Of a stretch of DNA of 64,000 nt, positions 24,816 to 37,994 are shown in pieces. Each line of letters begins with the position of its first letter. Position 1 is the stretch's first letter. The translations under genes and the position numbers were made by a program. Origin of the DNA: Isurus oxyrinchus (Eukaryota); contig JANJGN010000010.1 of assembly GCA_026770705.1 (NCBI GenBank), positions 43,834,001 to 43,898,000 on the forward strand. Direction: 5' to 3'. The notes beneath the pieces were generated by a model, which made no database searches, had not been told where the DNA came from, and saw only the letters and a list, made by a program, of their open reading frames with translations.

Positions 24816-25829
24816 GGACATTTTTAAAAAACTGTTAATTATACTTGCTATACTGTAAGTGGGATCAGAGTTTACTTGAACTGTGAATATTAAATCAAAT
24901 CACAAAGAGTTGCAAGAAGGCAGGCACAGAAAATACAACAACCTTCCTCACTTTCTACTGAATTACTGACAAGAAATGAATACAGTTTCCAAAGCAACTT
25001 CAACAATTATTAGAAGTCCTTAACATTTAATCAAATGTGAACATATCTATTATAATTAATCCTCACAGGAAAAACACATTCATTAAAAATAATTGGTAGA
25101 AAAAAATTGAAGTTGTTGTTAGTTCTGTATATGGGAGTTCATCCCAGCATGTTTCTCAGGCAAGAAAACATTTCCTCACATGAAACAAGTCTCCTTGCCT
25201 TTAAATATCTTCAGCTTCCTTCCCATATCACTTCTCCTTCTCATGCCTCTCCAAACTCTGTCTGCATCTGTTGCTCCTTCACTATCCCATTACTCATTCT
25301 CCTTCCTAACACCCTCTGATCCCATCACTACCACTATCCCTCTGAGTTACCCCTGCTATTTTCCCCTCCACCTTGCTCCACTGTCACCCATATGGGGGCT
25401 GGTGAGAATCTGGAGGCTGCCCAGATTCTAAACTATAGAACCAGGATAAAGGAGTCTGAAGGAAAGCTCCTCGAGTTCAGTAGGACTGGTGATGTGGTTT
25501 CAGAGCATTAGGTGGGCCAAGAGACTGGCAGTAAAGGACAGTTGCAGCTATTTGTCAGTACTGGAGGGGAGCATGGTCAAAACAGTAAGAGATAGGAAAG
25601 AATGGGACCTGAAATGTCTTTGGCCATCTGGAACATCAGGCACAATCCCCAATAATGTTTCTAACTGCCAGCACCTTGATGAACTATCCACATCCCCCAT
25701 TTGTATCCTCATGTGACCTCAAATGCCACATAATATCCCCACCTACTGCCAACCACTTCCCCTGTTGACAGCCAGTTCCTAGATTTGCATTCTTGCCCAA
25801 AGGGTAAATTTTCTGCCACAAATGGGAAA

Positions 25830-28480
25830 ATCCCTAATTGCCCTTGAGAAGGTGGTGGTGAGCTTCCTTCTTGAATTGCTGAGCTGTTAGGGAGGGAGTT
25901 CCAGGATTTTGACCGAGCAACAGTGAAGGAATGATGATATATTTCCAGACCAGGATGGTGAGTGATTGGCGGGGAACTTGCAGGTGGGGGTGTTCCTATC
26001 TATCTGCTGCTCTTGTCCTTCTACATGGTAATGGTCATGGGTTTGGAAGGTGCTGTCTAAGGAGCCTTGGTGAGTTCCTGCAGTGCATCTTGTAAATGGT
26101 ACACACTATGCCAATGTGTGCTGCTGGTGGAGGGAGTTTGCGGATGTGATGCCAATCAAGTGGGCTGCTTTGCCCTGGGTGGTGTCAAGATTTTGAGTGT
26201 TGTTGGAGTTGCACTCATCCAGGCAAATGGAGAGTATTCCATCACACTCCTGACATATGCCTTTTGGATGGTGGACAGGCTTTGGGGAGACAGGAGGTGA
26301 GTTACTTGTTACAGGATTCCTAGCCTCTGACCTGCTCTTGTAGCCAAAGCATTCATATGGCTATTCCAGTTCCGTTTCTGGTCAATGGTAACCCCCAGGA
26401 TGTTGATGGTGTGGGATTCAGTGATGGTAATGCCATTGAACATCAAGGAGCAATGGTTAGATTCTCTCTTGCTGGAGATGGTCATTGCCTGGCACTTGTG
26501 TGGCGTGAATGTTACTTGCAATGTTCTTTTCAACCCAAGCTTGGACATTGCCCGGGTCTTGCTGCATTTGGGCATGGACTGCTTCAAGACCTGAGGAATG
26601 GTATGGAACATTGTGAACATCCCCACTTATGACTTTATGATTGAAGGGAGGTCATTGATGAAACATTTGAAGATGGTTGGGCCTAGGATACTGCCCTGAG
26701 GAACTCCTGCAGTGATGTCCTGGAACTGAGATGATTGACCTCCAACAACCACAACCATCTTCCTTTATGTTAGGTATGGCTCCAACCAGCGGAAAGTTTT
26801 GCTCCTGATTCGCATTGACTCCAGTTTTGCTGGGGCTCCTTGATGCACACTTGGTCAAATGCTACCTTCATGTCACGTGCAGTCACCCTCACCTCACCTC
26901 TAGAGTTCAGCTCTTTTATCCATGTTTGAACCAAGGCCGTAATGAGGCAGGAGCTGAATGATCTTGGTGGAATCCAAATTAAGCATCAGGAAGCATGCTA
27001 TTACAAAGCAAGTGCTTGATAGCACTGTTGATGACCCCTCCCATCACTTTACTGATTATGCAGAGTAGACCAATTGGCTGGGTTGTGTTTGTCCTGCTTT
27101 TTGTGTACAGCACATATCTGGGCAATTTTCCACATAGCCGGGTAGATGCCAGTGTTGTAACTATACTGGAACAGCTTGGCTAAGGGGTGCAGCAAGTTTT
27201 GAGGACAAGTCTTCAGTACTATCGCCAAAACATTATCACAGCCCATAGCCTTTGCAGTATTCAGTGCTTTCAGTCATTTCTTGATATCACATGGAGTAAA
27301 TTCAATTGGCTGAAGACTGGCATCTGTGTTGCTGAGGCCAAGATGGATCGTTCACTCAGCACTTCTGGCTGAAGATTGTTGCAGTTGCTTCAGCCTTATC
27401 TCTTGTACTGATGCCCTGGGCTCCCCCAGCATTGAGGATGGGGATATTTGTGGAGACCCTCCTCCAGTGAGTTGTTTAATTGTTCACCACCATTCACGAC
27501 TGGATGTGGCAGGACTGCAGAGCTTAGATCTGATCTGTTGGTCGTGGAATCACTTAGCTCTGTCTATCACTTGCTGCTAATGCTTTTTGGCATGCAAGTA
27601 GTCCTGTGCTGTAGCTTCACCAGGTTGACACCTCATTTTTAGGTCTGCCTGGTGCTGCTCCTGGCATTCCCTCCTGCACTCTTCATTGAACCATGGTTGA
27701 CTCCGTAGCTTGGCATAAGTGGGGAATATGCTCGACCATTAGGTTACAGATTATGGTTGAATAAAATTCTGCTGCTGCTGATGGCACACAGCACCTCATG
27801 GTTGCCCAGTCTTTAGTTGCTAGATCTGTTCAAAATCTATCCCATTTAGCTTGGTAGTAGTGCCACACAACACAATAGAGGGTGTCCTCAATGTGAAAAC
27901 AGGACTTCGTCTCCACAAGGACTCTGTGGTGATCACTCCTACCAATACTCTCATGGGCAGATGCATCTGCGGTAGGCAGGCTGGTGAGGATGAGGTTAAG
28001 CGTGATTTTCCCTCTTGTTGGTTCTTTCACCACCTGCTGAGGTCCAATATAGAAGCTTTTTCCTTTAGGGCTTGACCAGCTCCATCTGCAGTGGTGCTAC
28101 TGAGCCACACTTAATGATGGACATTGAGGTCCCCCACCCAGAGTACATTCTGTGCCCTTACCACCCTCACTGCTTCCTCCAAGTAGTGTTCAACATGGAC
28201 GAGTGCTCACTCATCAGTTGAAGTGTGGGGGTGGGGGTGGCAGTACGTGGCAATCAGCAGGAGGCTTCCTTGCCCGTGTTTGACCTGATGCCATGAGACT
28301 TCATGGGGTCTGAAGTCGATGTAGAGGACTCCCAGTGCAACTGACTGTACACCACTGTGCCACCACCTCTGCTGTATCTGTCCTGCCAGTGGGATAGATC
28401 ATACCTAGGGATAGCGATAATGGTGTCTGAGACTTTATCTGTAAGGTATGATTCTGTAAGTATGACCATGTCAGGCTCCA
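25830..28480 (-). mobile_element. LINE family B, long copy with APE endonuclease and RT remnants
   Basis: PDMVILTESYL...RGGGTVVY and SDHHRVLV (endonuclease); LAKLFQYSYNTGIYPAMWKIAQ and TFTPHKCQAM (RT region). Confidence 0.9.
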
Positions 28481-29505
28481 GCGCATAATTGTCCTTAAAA
28501 TTAAAAGGAATGTATTTGTGATTCCAACCAGTAATATTTTTCTTACAAGCTGCTGCTTCATTTTTTTTCAGTGACACTGATGCATTGTAGCATTTAAGAA
28601 TAATTTATCACTATACTTGTTTTATTTTCCTACTGATTGGGGTATTTGAGCACCGGTTCAACAATCCTCCTATTCCTTGATTGACCTATTGAAATGATCT
28701 CCAGAATTGTGCTGTTTAATTTGAGTAGAAAAATCTTATGCATTGAAATGTTTGGCCCTCATACAAAGTTGTTTCTGTAAAATATAAAATTGTGCATCCA
28801 GTCTGCTTCTGCACAATGTATGTTTGAATGATTGAGTCCATTTCTATCATTGTGGTTGTTTTCATTTATAATTCACAACAAGTGTTGGTATTTTCTAGCT
28901 GTATTATACGGCATCACCTCTTTTGAAACAATAAACTGAGTGCAAGTTTTGATACAACAACAAAAGTGATTTCAGCTCCAGGGCAAAGAGCTTAAACCTT
29001 GAGCAACTCTAAATGAAAAATTACCTAGAACACAGACAGTTTAGACTGGAGACAGATTCCACAGGAGACAGTTCCTAGCTTGAACCCTTTACTGCATATA
29101 TGTACATAGTTCTTGTAGTTAATAAACACATACAGTTAACCTACTTAAGACAACAAAGACTTCATTAAGACCTACCAAGCGGTATCCAACATCCGGCAAC
29201 AGAAAGTAGGGTTCACAGCTTCTTCTGTCCTTTTCTTGAAAATATATGAACAGCATCGTCCCAGATTTGCGCTAACTGCGGTAGCGGGCGTGACAAAAGA
29301 TATTTTACCCTCCGGCCTCAATGACGGATTTTCCTGCCTCATGAGTTATGCGGTCACGGGAAACACACCAGATTGCTGGCGGCAGGTCTTCGGTTGGCCT
29401 GTCATGCCATTACCTCGCTGCCTCCTCACGCCAGGCACCATATTTAAAATGCAGCTGCACGCACACTAAGCAATGCTTGCAGCCCATGGCTGCTCCAGTG
29501 AAGAC

Positions 29506-31165
29506 ATGGCCCCAGAAGCCAGGGAGATTGCAGCCTCCCCTGATTCAGTGACACACCTTAGGGACACCTTCTGGATGCCATGGAGGCCCGCCATGAAGTC
29601 CTCTACCTCCGGACTTTCCGCTGGAGGCCCATCAGTCTCACCACTCTGCCTTGAGGGGTGGCGGCAGAGGTGGTCAGTGCTAATGCTGCACACAGGAGGT
29701 CTGTCATCCAGTGCAGAAAATGAATGAATGATCTCATCATGCTGACAGGGTAATTCAACCATCTCGCCAATCTCAACTCACCCTCTCACAAGCCCATCAC
29801 ACATTCACTGGCATCTGACTCATTGCAAACTCAAAGGACATCAGCACATACTCTTTCAGACACACCTTCCATCTTCATCTGGCCTCAGTTCCTCAAGAGA
29901 CTGCCTCCTCATCCCATCCATGGCTCCACTCAGCACATATACATGCCGGCCATCCTTCGCATTTGGCCTGGCATGTGCCTTGCTCATATTCTTGCTCATA
30001 TTCTCTCCATCTATCTTTACGCAGGACAAGATCATGCACAATCACCGGGAGAGGTCCCAGACCAGGGGTGAAGTGCCAGACATCAAGGTCCTCACTCTGT
30101 TGGAAGGTCAAGCGTTGGAGCTGGCCAGTGGGGATGTCGACTGTTCCTTCAGCAATGCTGAGGTCGGTGGCGAACACCCACGTGAGGATCCTGTACCATA
30201 TGATCCCTCTCTTAATGCACCTCTGAGTCCACTGTTCTGTGTTCAACACGGCCACCAAACACTAATGATCACCACTTTCTGGCAGCAGCATTGAAGATCC
30301 ATCATGGCACTCACCCACACCTTCCACCAGTGCAGCGACACACACCTTGGTGGAAACTAGATGTAGCACAGTCTCAGGATCACAATCTGATGGGCACAGC
30401 ACACAATCTGTTCCACAGCAGGTGAAGGCAGGGACATCCTTGGTCGCTGACACCAGAGGACTGCTGGAAGCAAGGAATCTTCTAAGTCTGAGTCAGGTGA
30501 TGAGACTTTGGATTCAGTCCTCAATCAGTTGGTGCTGCTGCAAAGACAATCACAGGAACAGCAGAAAGGGATGCCTGGTGCTCTCCTCAGATTGCAAGGG
30601 ATAATGGAGGAGTCTGTCCACCTTCAGTCCGAGGTGATAGCGCTGGCATGCCGATGCACCAAGGTCAACAATGGCAGGACGGGGGCCACCATGGAGACCT
30701 TGGTCCAAGACATCGGTCCTGCACTACTGTGTGGGCTGGACTCCTTCACTGACGCCATAGTTGGCCTACAACCGTGTCAACATGAGAGGTATGTTGGGTA
30801 GCACGATCTCACTCCAGCTACCCCTTTTCCTCAAGGAGTCAGCCAGGGGCCGGTGGGGCCCCAAAGGGAGGAGGACCAGCAGCTCGACACCCTGGGACCA
30901 TCCACACAGGTGACTCCGTAAATGCCAGGCCCATCCAAATCTGCTCTATGACCCCTGCAGCTCCAGCTCCACAAGTCAAGGAGAGTGCAGCAGACCAGCA
31001 GCTGGACACCCAGAGCAGTCCGGGGCCCACCAGATCTTGGCCCTCCAGAGGATGCCCGCCAAGGTCATCATAGACAGGGCGTGGCAGTCAGCCAGGCTGC
31101 CTCCGTCTCTGCTGTGGATGTCCGGGGAGCACCAAGGCTGGAAGAAAGGTTAAGAAGGTGTAGTT
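29506..31165 (+). pseudogene. Harbinger Myb/SANT-like gene of H2, disrupted
   Basis: ATG at 29506; donor AGG|GTAATT at about 29750; acceptor TTTACGCAG|GACAAG at 30025; exon 2 DKIMHNHRERSQTRGEVPDIKVLT parallels H1 DKLADKREGLQTGGRMPKIKILT. Confidence 0.8.
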
Positions 31166-31864
31166 GCACAGCCTGGGCGCAATGTTCACTATTGTTCATA
31201 AACTCCCAAGAATGTTTCCTTGCGTATGGCTCCTTGTTATGTGAGCAGTGTCCATGTCACTCAGATGTGAAACCTTGGTTCCTGCACAAGATAAAGGCAG
31301 GTGTCTCAGTCCAGGGCCTCTTCCCTGTGCAGTGTGAAACCTTCAGACCAAAGTGATGGTCCAGCTTCATATTCACTGGATGCATTAGTGATGCCTGCAC
31401 CTTGATGGTGCTTGTCAATGCTGCCAGAATGTCATTGGCAGGCTTCACAGAGTTCTCTCATTCTCTCTGTGTGTTCTCAGTACCTTTGAGGTGGGTCTGG
31501 CCCCCATTTCTTCAGCATCTGTAACTGGTGATGGTGTGCTCCTGAAGGGGATGGGTGCTGAAGGCTGACAAAGGATCAGATGCATTTAAAGTTCCACAGC
31601 TGCATCTCCATGATATGACCCTGATCACAGAGCACACGCGAGCTGTCCTCAGCCAGACAGGAATCAGACATTCACAGAGGCAGTGTGAAGATCTATGGAG
31701 TGTCCTCACTGCATGTCATCATCATCATCCTAGAATCTAGCAACTATTAGGGCCTCTGCTGCATCTCCATAATAGGAGCCTGAGCACTGAGGACATGTGC
31801 GCTGCCATCAGTCACATAGGAGTCAAAAGTTCATAGACTCAAGGTGAGGATGTCAGGACTGTCC

Positions 31865-32885
31865 TCACTGCATCTCGTCATCATCCTCCATGAATCTTGC
31901 GGCTATGAGAGCCTCCCGAGTGCTCCTGCCATGATTGGCCAGTGTGATGGCCTCATCACCAGCATCCTTGCCTTCAAGGACCTCTTCTCCGTCATCCCCT
32001 TCGACGTCCTCCTCAACAGAGAAGACATGCAGCTGTTCCACCTTCTCCTCAGCTGTACCAGTGCCAGGTTGGACAGCACGCTGCAAGCTATGATGAGGTG
32101 TGACACCTACTGGGGACTGTATTGCAGTGCTCCATCAGAGTCTCATTTTCAAGATGTCTTTCATTTGGTCCACCAAAGTTTGGTTTGTAGCATGAGCCTC
32201 GCTATATCGGCATTCTGCTGCAGTCTGAGGTGGCCTCACGGGTGTCATCAGCCAGGTCCTGTGTGTGTAGCTCTTGTTCCCCAAGGAACCAGCCCTGCAG
32301 CCTCTCTAGGCCCTGGAAGATGTCAGGGATCTGTGACCTGCTAAGGAAGATGTCAGGGATCTGTGACCTGCTAAGTTGTGGATGCTCCCTGGGAACTATT
32401 GCGCAGATCTGTAGGATGCATTTGTGGTGGTCGCAGACCAGCTGAACATTAAGTGAGAGGAAGCCTTTGCTTGCTGCCCCGGAGATCTAAACAACACGTA
32501 AGTATAGTCGGTGGCACGCTGCACCTGTGGAAAACCAGAGATCTGTGCACCCTTGCTTCCTGGCTTTCCTGATCCCAGTCGAAATGCACAGTTCTGTGCT
32601 TTTGCGAAGATAGTGTCCATGACCTCCTGGATACACTTGTGCATGGAGGCCTGCAAGATCCTGCTCAGGTTACCTGTGGAGCCCTGGAAGAAGCCACTAG
32701 TGTAAAAACTGAGCGCCGCAGCCACTTTCACAGCCACTGGCAGTGGATGCCCTCCATATCCCCATGGTGACAAATCCTATAGCAGGTGGTATTTGTGACC
32801 AGCCAGTTCCCTAGACATGTGCAGTCTTCGGAGACACTGGTTCTCAATCATTTGCAGGAATGACAGATGCCATCTAATGACCCGA
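31865..32885 (-). pseudogene. Harbinger transposase of H2, 5'-deleted and frameshifted
   Basis: GGHPLPVAVKVAAALSFYTSGFFQG, GFPQVQRATDYTYV and acidic tail REALIAARFMEDDDEMQ. Confidence 0.85.
32315..32374. repeat. Perfect 30-bp tandem duplication
   Basis: GGAAGATGTCAGGGATCTGTGACCTGCTAA occurs twice in succession. Confidence 0.95.
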
Positions 32886-35141
32886 TGTGGGCGGTAAATT
32901 TGACATGGTGGGATGATTCTGATGATCAGGGGTTATAATGAAAAGCTAAAGCATTGAAATTAGGTTCTCAATATGCAGCAGCAGGAAACACGGCTCTCCA
33001 CTGATGGATGGAGCGGACAATCACAAACTTGCTTCACGATGGCGTGAAACCGATTTTTGGCCTTCCCGTCATATTGTCCACTGATGCCAGCCGTGATGCC
33101 TGCCGCCAATGGGACTGGACAATTCCACCCTACTTCTCTGTTTATGCACCATTGAGAAAACCAACATGAACCAACGCATATGAACGTGAAGATACAAACC
33201 TGAAACACACCTTTTCTTCAAAAAGTGCAATCATACCCAAGGTCCACTCCATCTCTTTATTGATCAACTCTTTCAGCATGATCATTGCATTGAGGGTCAA
33301 CCTTGAAAAATCAACAATGTGCAGCAATTTCTATAGTTTTCATTAATAAATGACAATGGTGCCCTGGTGTTGCTGTGTAGGTGTTCCAACCACTGAACTG
33401 AAGTGGAATTTAAGGCTCTATATTTATTGCGCTCTTTTACTAGCCATGTTTTATAAACCAAGCATTTTAAATCAAAGGCATCAAGAATTAACCAACTGTC
33501 CCCATGCTGATTTGAGTCTGAGCAAACATTCTACCCATGAAGCAAGGGAATTTAGTTAATGCCTGAATTGGAGTCTTCTATCCATACCCTTTTTCTATTT
33601 TTGTAATATGTACTTGAGACCCATTGTTTTTAACTCATAATGCATAAAGACAGGCTGGACTAATGTTGAGTTGGCACTCAGGTAAGGACGAAGTCTAATT
33701 GCTGTGTACCTTTGAGTTAAGCAAAGAAGTAGAATCCTTATTCTTCAGCATAGGGTTAGAGACAGTCGATACATAACATAAGACAATCATTATTAACACA
33801 GAATGGATTTATGATGAGTCCCCAAGTCTCTTACTCAGTGATTGTGTAGATGCTTTAGGAGCAGTCAGAAGTCAGTGGGCGAGAGGAATAATCATTTGCC
33901 TGTTGGGTGATGACTGCAGCAAATCATTGACCTCAGTGATCTCACATGGTTGGTTTAGACTTCACTGTGTATTTTTTTAAATAAAGTTTTATCTGCGCAT
34001 TTCCCGGATCAAAACACATAATTAAAGTTGCAAGGTACAACAAAAACAAGTGGATGTTCATTTACTATGAGTGAAATACATTATTTTGCACAACAGTTGC
34101 TAGATAGCCATAACCTTTAAGATAATAAAGTTAGGGCTACAATAAAGATCCTTCCGTTTGTAATATAATTGACTAAGTATTCAGGGCCTGGCTTTCCATA
34201 ATTCAACATCTATATAATTGCTTTTATATTGGTCTAGTTTAAGTTTGGGTTCCGGAAGACAGGCATTTATGCTAATTCCAGTTTCCAGTTCCCATTTCCT
34301 GGAAGCAGGATGATAAATCATTGAATCTCTTGTTGGGATAAAGAAGCCAGTTAAGTCCTGGAAGACAACTCATGAATACCAGTCTCCCTGAATCAAACAA
34401 AGCCAATACTAAAACAGCTTATATGCATCCTCAGTCCAGCTATCTCTCCTCCGCAATTTTAAGCATCACTTTTCACTTGTTTTGTGCTCCTCAGTTGTTT
34501 TGTGCTTCTCACAATATTTCTCTCCACTGCTTGTTCCTTCACATAATGTTATTTAAAAGTTAAAATTTCGAATTTGAAATGTAAATCATGAACTGTCTAG
34601 AGGTGAGCTTTCAAACACAGTTAACTGTACATCTGCCATTGAAAGGAGGAATCTACTGCTGTGGTAAAAAAGCTCAGAATATTAAATACTGCTATTAATC
34701 ATTACCTAGTGAGATCAGAAGTTGATTGCCAAAATTAGGAATGTGCTTTTATGTAAGACACTACTGCTGCCTTTTCACTTCAAGGGGTAGAAGATCTAAC
34801 TGATCTCCTCCAAGGTTAGTGTATTTTATTAGCATTACATTATGGCAATGAAACAATTATTTTTCTCCCTCTTAAATGGGCAGTCCACAAAGTGAATTTA
34901 CTTGAATAATCATGCAAAGTTAAAAATGTAAAAGTAGCTGCTCAGCCAATCTGCTGAGACATTTTAAGGAAATGGTTACAGTAAACAATTTAAATGGAGC
35001 ATTGGGCTACCAAGGCAATATCATATTCTTTGTTATTTGAGAATATATCACCCTCACCCTTTAGTGCCTTGAGTGTGCTTGAGATTCTGAATACTACATA
35101 CCTGTAGTCTAACTAAAAGTAATTCATAGACCCCACATATC

Positions 35142-36006
35142 GGGCTGAATTTTTCCACCAGGGATGAAATCCCACTGCTAGGTCTCAGTGTCAACGTGGG
35201 AAGGCACTAGGACCCTGGGCAACATTTTACCAGCAGTGGCCAATTAAGAGGTTGCCACCAGGACAGCTATCCAACTGACAGTGCAGCCTGCCTCCCAGAC
35301 CTGCTGACCCAGAGGCAGCATTACAGCCTCAGCAGCACCACCATTGGAAGTGACCGCTGCTGAGGCTGCACGAAGAAGGAGAGGCGCCCTCAAAGCCAGT
35401 GTAAGTTTTTTTCTTCAAACTGTGCCAGAGCCAGGCAGGGAGGTCCCAGCGAACAGTCGTTGGGAGGTACCTTCCTTTATTAGTGGTGCCTTAGCCGCGG
35501 AGATGGCCATTGCCACCAGGGGGCTCCTCCATTGGTCATGGAACAGCTATTATGGAGGGCACCCTCACCCACTGTGAACCCACTGGGAGGTTGCCAGGTT
35601 TTATCCATGGCTGTTTTATCAAGTGGCTACTGCCAGGACACAATGCTACTGAGGATAGTGCTGGAGCAGCTTCAGTGGCCCGCCATGAGCTAAAGTGCCA
35701 AAAAGGAGGCCATCCCTGAAGCCCACTGAGAGGCCGCCAGGTTCCACAGGACAGTCTCTCCTCACGGTGATGGGCCTCCCCAAAGCATGCAAAATGCCCG
35801 AGGAGGCAGGAAATGGACATTAATTGGCTACTTAAGTAGTTCAGTTGGGCTCCGGGCATGCAGCTGATCTGCCATCTTATCTGCCACTGGCAAAATCGCA
35901 TGACAGCACAAAGGTGTGGGGTACACCACCTCGATGCTGGCCTGTGCCATCTTGCTAGCCTTCACCCCTCTCAGTCCATCCCCAAAGGGTTGGTAAAATT
36001 CAGCCT
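35142..36006. mobile_element. Harbinger MITE (~865 bp)
   Basis: TIRs GGGCTGAATTTT and AAAATTCAGCCT; flanks ATC/ATA; GC-rich interior. Confidence 0.8.
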
Positions 36007-36484
36007 ATAGTTTCAAATCCAAGCTACATTGAACAAGGACAATAATGCAACAGGATTTGGGGCATTTATTCCACATTCTAAAGCCAAAAACTTAAATGTT
36101 TCCCTTCTTTCATATTAGACATTGTAGAATGTAGCACCTTCACAATCGCAAGATGCTTATTGATAACTGTGCTCTCCAACATGCAATGATGATAATGTTC
36201 TAAATAGACAACTTTAAGAAAAAAATGAATAAAACTTCAAGAAAGAGGGAGTGTGTATGTCGGGGACAGGGTGGAGAGTAAGGAAGACAGCATCTCCAGC
36301 CATATCAAAAATCCTGATTTTATTTCAAAAGGTCACTGTATTTTATTGTTTAAACAGGATACTAAAACGAATATGCAAATGTTCCTTATTTATTCAAAAG
36401 CACAAATAATATATCTATCACTTTCATCCTCAAAACTTAAGGGAGCTTCTAAATCATGTATCCTACTTACTATACTTTAATTTG

Positions 36485-36860
36485 TAATGATGCCTTGGTT
36501 ACAATGCTGTACTTAGGGCTATCTGCACCTTGCTTGTCCTGCTTTGTACTCTTAATGTCACCTGTTAGCACATTCCTTAGATAATATCACCACCTTCAAC
36601 ACCTCTTTATCCTTTTGTCTATGACATCTTTTGGTAATCTCCACCTATCACTGGCCCTCTATCCAGCTCTATCTGTCCCAGCCTCTCTTAAACCAGCTTA
36701 TATTTCACCTCTTTTCTATTTTTCCTTAGTTCTGTTGAAGAGTCATACGGGCTCGAAACGTTAACTGTGTTCCTCCCCATGGATGCTGTCAGACCTGCTG
36801 AGTTTTTCCAGGCATTTTTATTTTTGTTTTGGATTTCCAGCATCTGCAGTATTTTGCTTT
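36485..36860 (+). mobile_element. Penelope-like element terminal repeat (pseudo-LTR)
   Basis: Pyrimidine-rich segment, then CTGTTGAAGAGTC...GGCTCGAAACGTTAAC and GATGCTGTCAGACCTGCTGAG...GCAGTATTTTGCTTT. Confidence 0.65.
36727..36767 (+). ncRNA. Minimal type I hammerhead ribozyme motif (core variant CUGUUGA)
   Basis: Stem I UAGUU/AACUG, core CUGUUGA(A), stem II GAGUC/GGCUC, GAAA and palindromic ACGU before the UU cleavage position. Confidence 0.55.
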
Positions 36861-37529
36861 TAATTAGCTTCCCATTCTAATTACAGGCAAGATGCCTATG
36901 CAATCTAACTGAAGGCTGCAGATTATTATAAAATTAACCTTTTGAAGACTGCAGCACCACATTTCCATTTAAAGCAAAAATATAACCAGTTTTTTTTCCC
37001 CCAAGAAATGCCATAATTAAACCTATTTTTTGGTGTAGCCATCTTTACCACATCTTTAAACTTAATAGGCATGAAATTCCAATCTGCAGCTGAACGTCAC
37101 TAAGTCAAATGCCCTCCTGTGACTGATTGTTGTCCCATCAGTTATTTTGTGGGATGTACGGCACACCACCATAAGAAGGACACTTTCATGGGCATCCCAT
37201 ACTGGTCACAACTGAACTCATGACATCACAGCCTAACTGACTGATGTGATGCCCACTTTTTAAATTTGGACCAAACAGGTCCATTCAAAAAACAAATGCA
37301 CCATTCGCAAAGGATGAAGCATTGAGCTGCAAGATGGGTCCTGCACTATCATTTACCTAAAGGGCCAGCACCCAACTTGCAAGTAAGATGATTTTGAAGA
37401 ACTTCTGCAATTGCAAAGTCTCTGGAAGTGCTCTGGAATGTTTTTGGAGGGTATTATTTTATAATTAATTCAATTTTATTTGTGTTAGTACAGGGCATAG
37501 TTTCGCTACTCATTTCAGCAATTGCAATA

Positions 37530-37875
37530 GTTTAAATTTGGAGTTCTGCATGAGTACCACCTTTTGGATAAGGCATTAAATCAAGTATCTGCCTGCCTCT
37601 TCAACTGAAAGTACAAGATGCCATTGCATTTTCTTTTTTGAACAACTTTAGGAAGCTCTTCAATTGTCCTGATGAACATTCATTCCCCAACCAACACCAG
37701 CAAAACAGATTAATTGGTCATTCATTTCCTTGCTGTTTGTGGGATTTTGTGTGTGCAATTGACTGCTGCCTTTTCCAACAAAATAAGCGACTACACTTCA
37801 AAGGTAAGTCATTGATTGTGAAGCGCTTGGAATGCTCTAAGGATGTGAAAAATGATATAAAAATGCTTCTTCTTA
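37530..37875 (+). mobile_element. DeuSINE-like SINE (SacSINE1-type)
   Basis: AAGATGCCATTGCATT...CATTCATTCCCCAACCAAC core and L2-like tail AAGCGCTTGGAATG...ATAAAAATGCTTCTTCTT. Confidence 0.6.
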
Positions 37876-37994
37876 AATAAACTCAGATTAAACACACTGA
37901 GCTGATAGCGATTTTCAAGTTGTGTTATTTCTTCCTCCTTTCTGGCACACCATTTGGGTTTCCGATCCAGCATAGTTAATTCATGCAGACAGCC

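Larger units (their letters stand above)
29248..33130. mobile_element. PIF/Harbinger transposon H2 (Myb gene +, transposase -), related to H1 and inverted relative to it
   Basis: Ends GAACAGCATCGTCCC and GGACAATTCCACCC; flanks TAT/TAC; colinear with the reverse complement of H1; transposase 5' region deleted near 32885. Confidence 0.9.

Noticed and set aside
28960-29215. Possible LTR 3' half (AATAAA ... CAACA)
   Set aside because: No 5' boundary or TSD could be identified.
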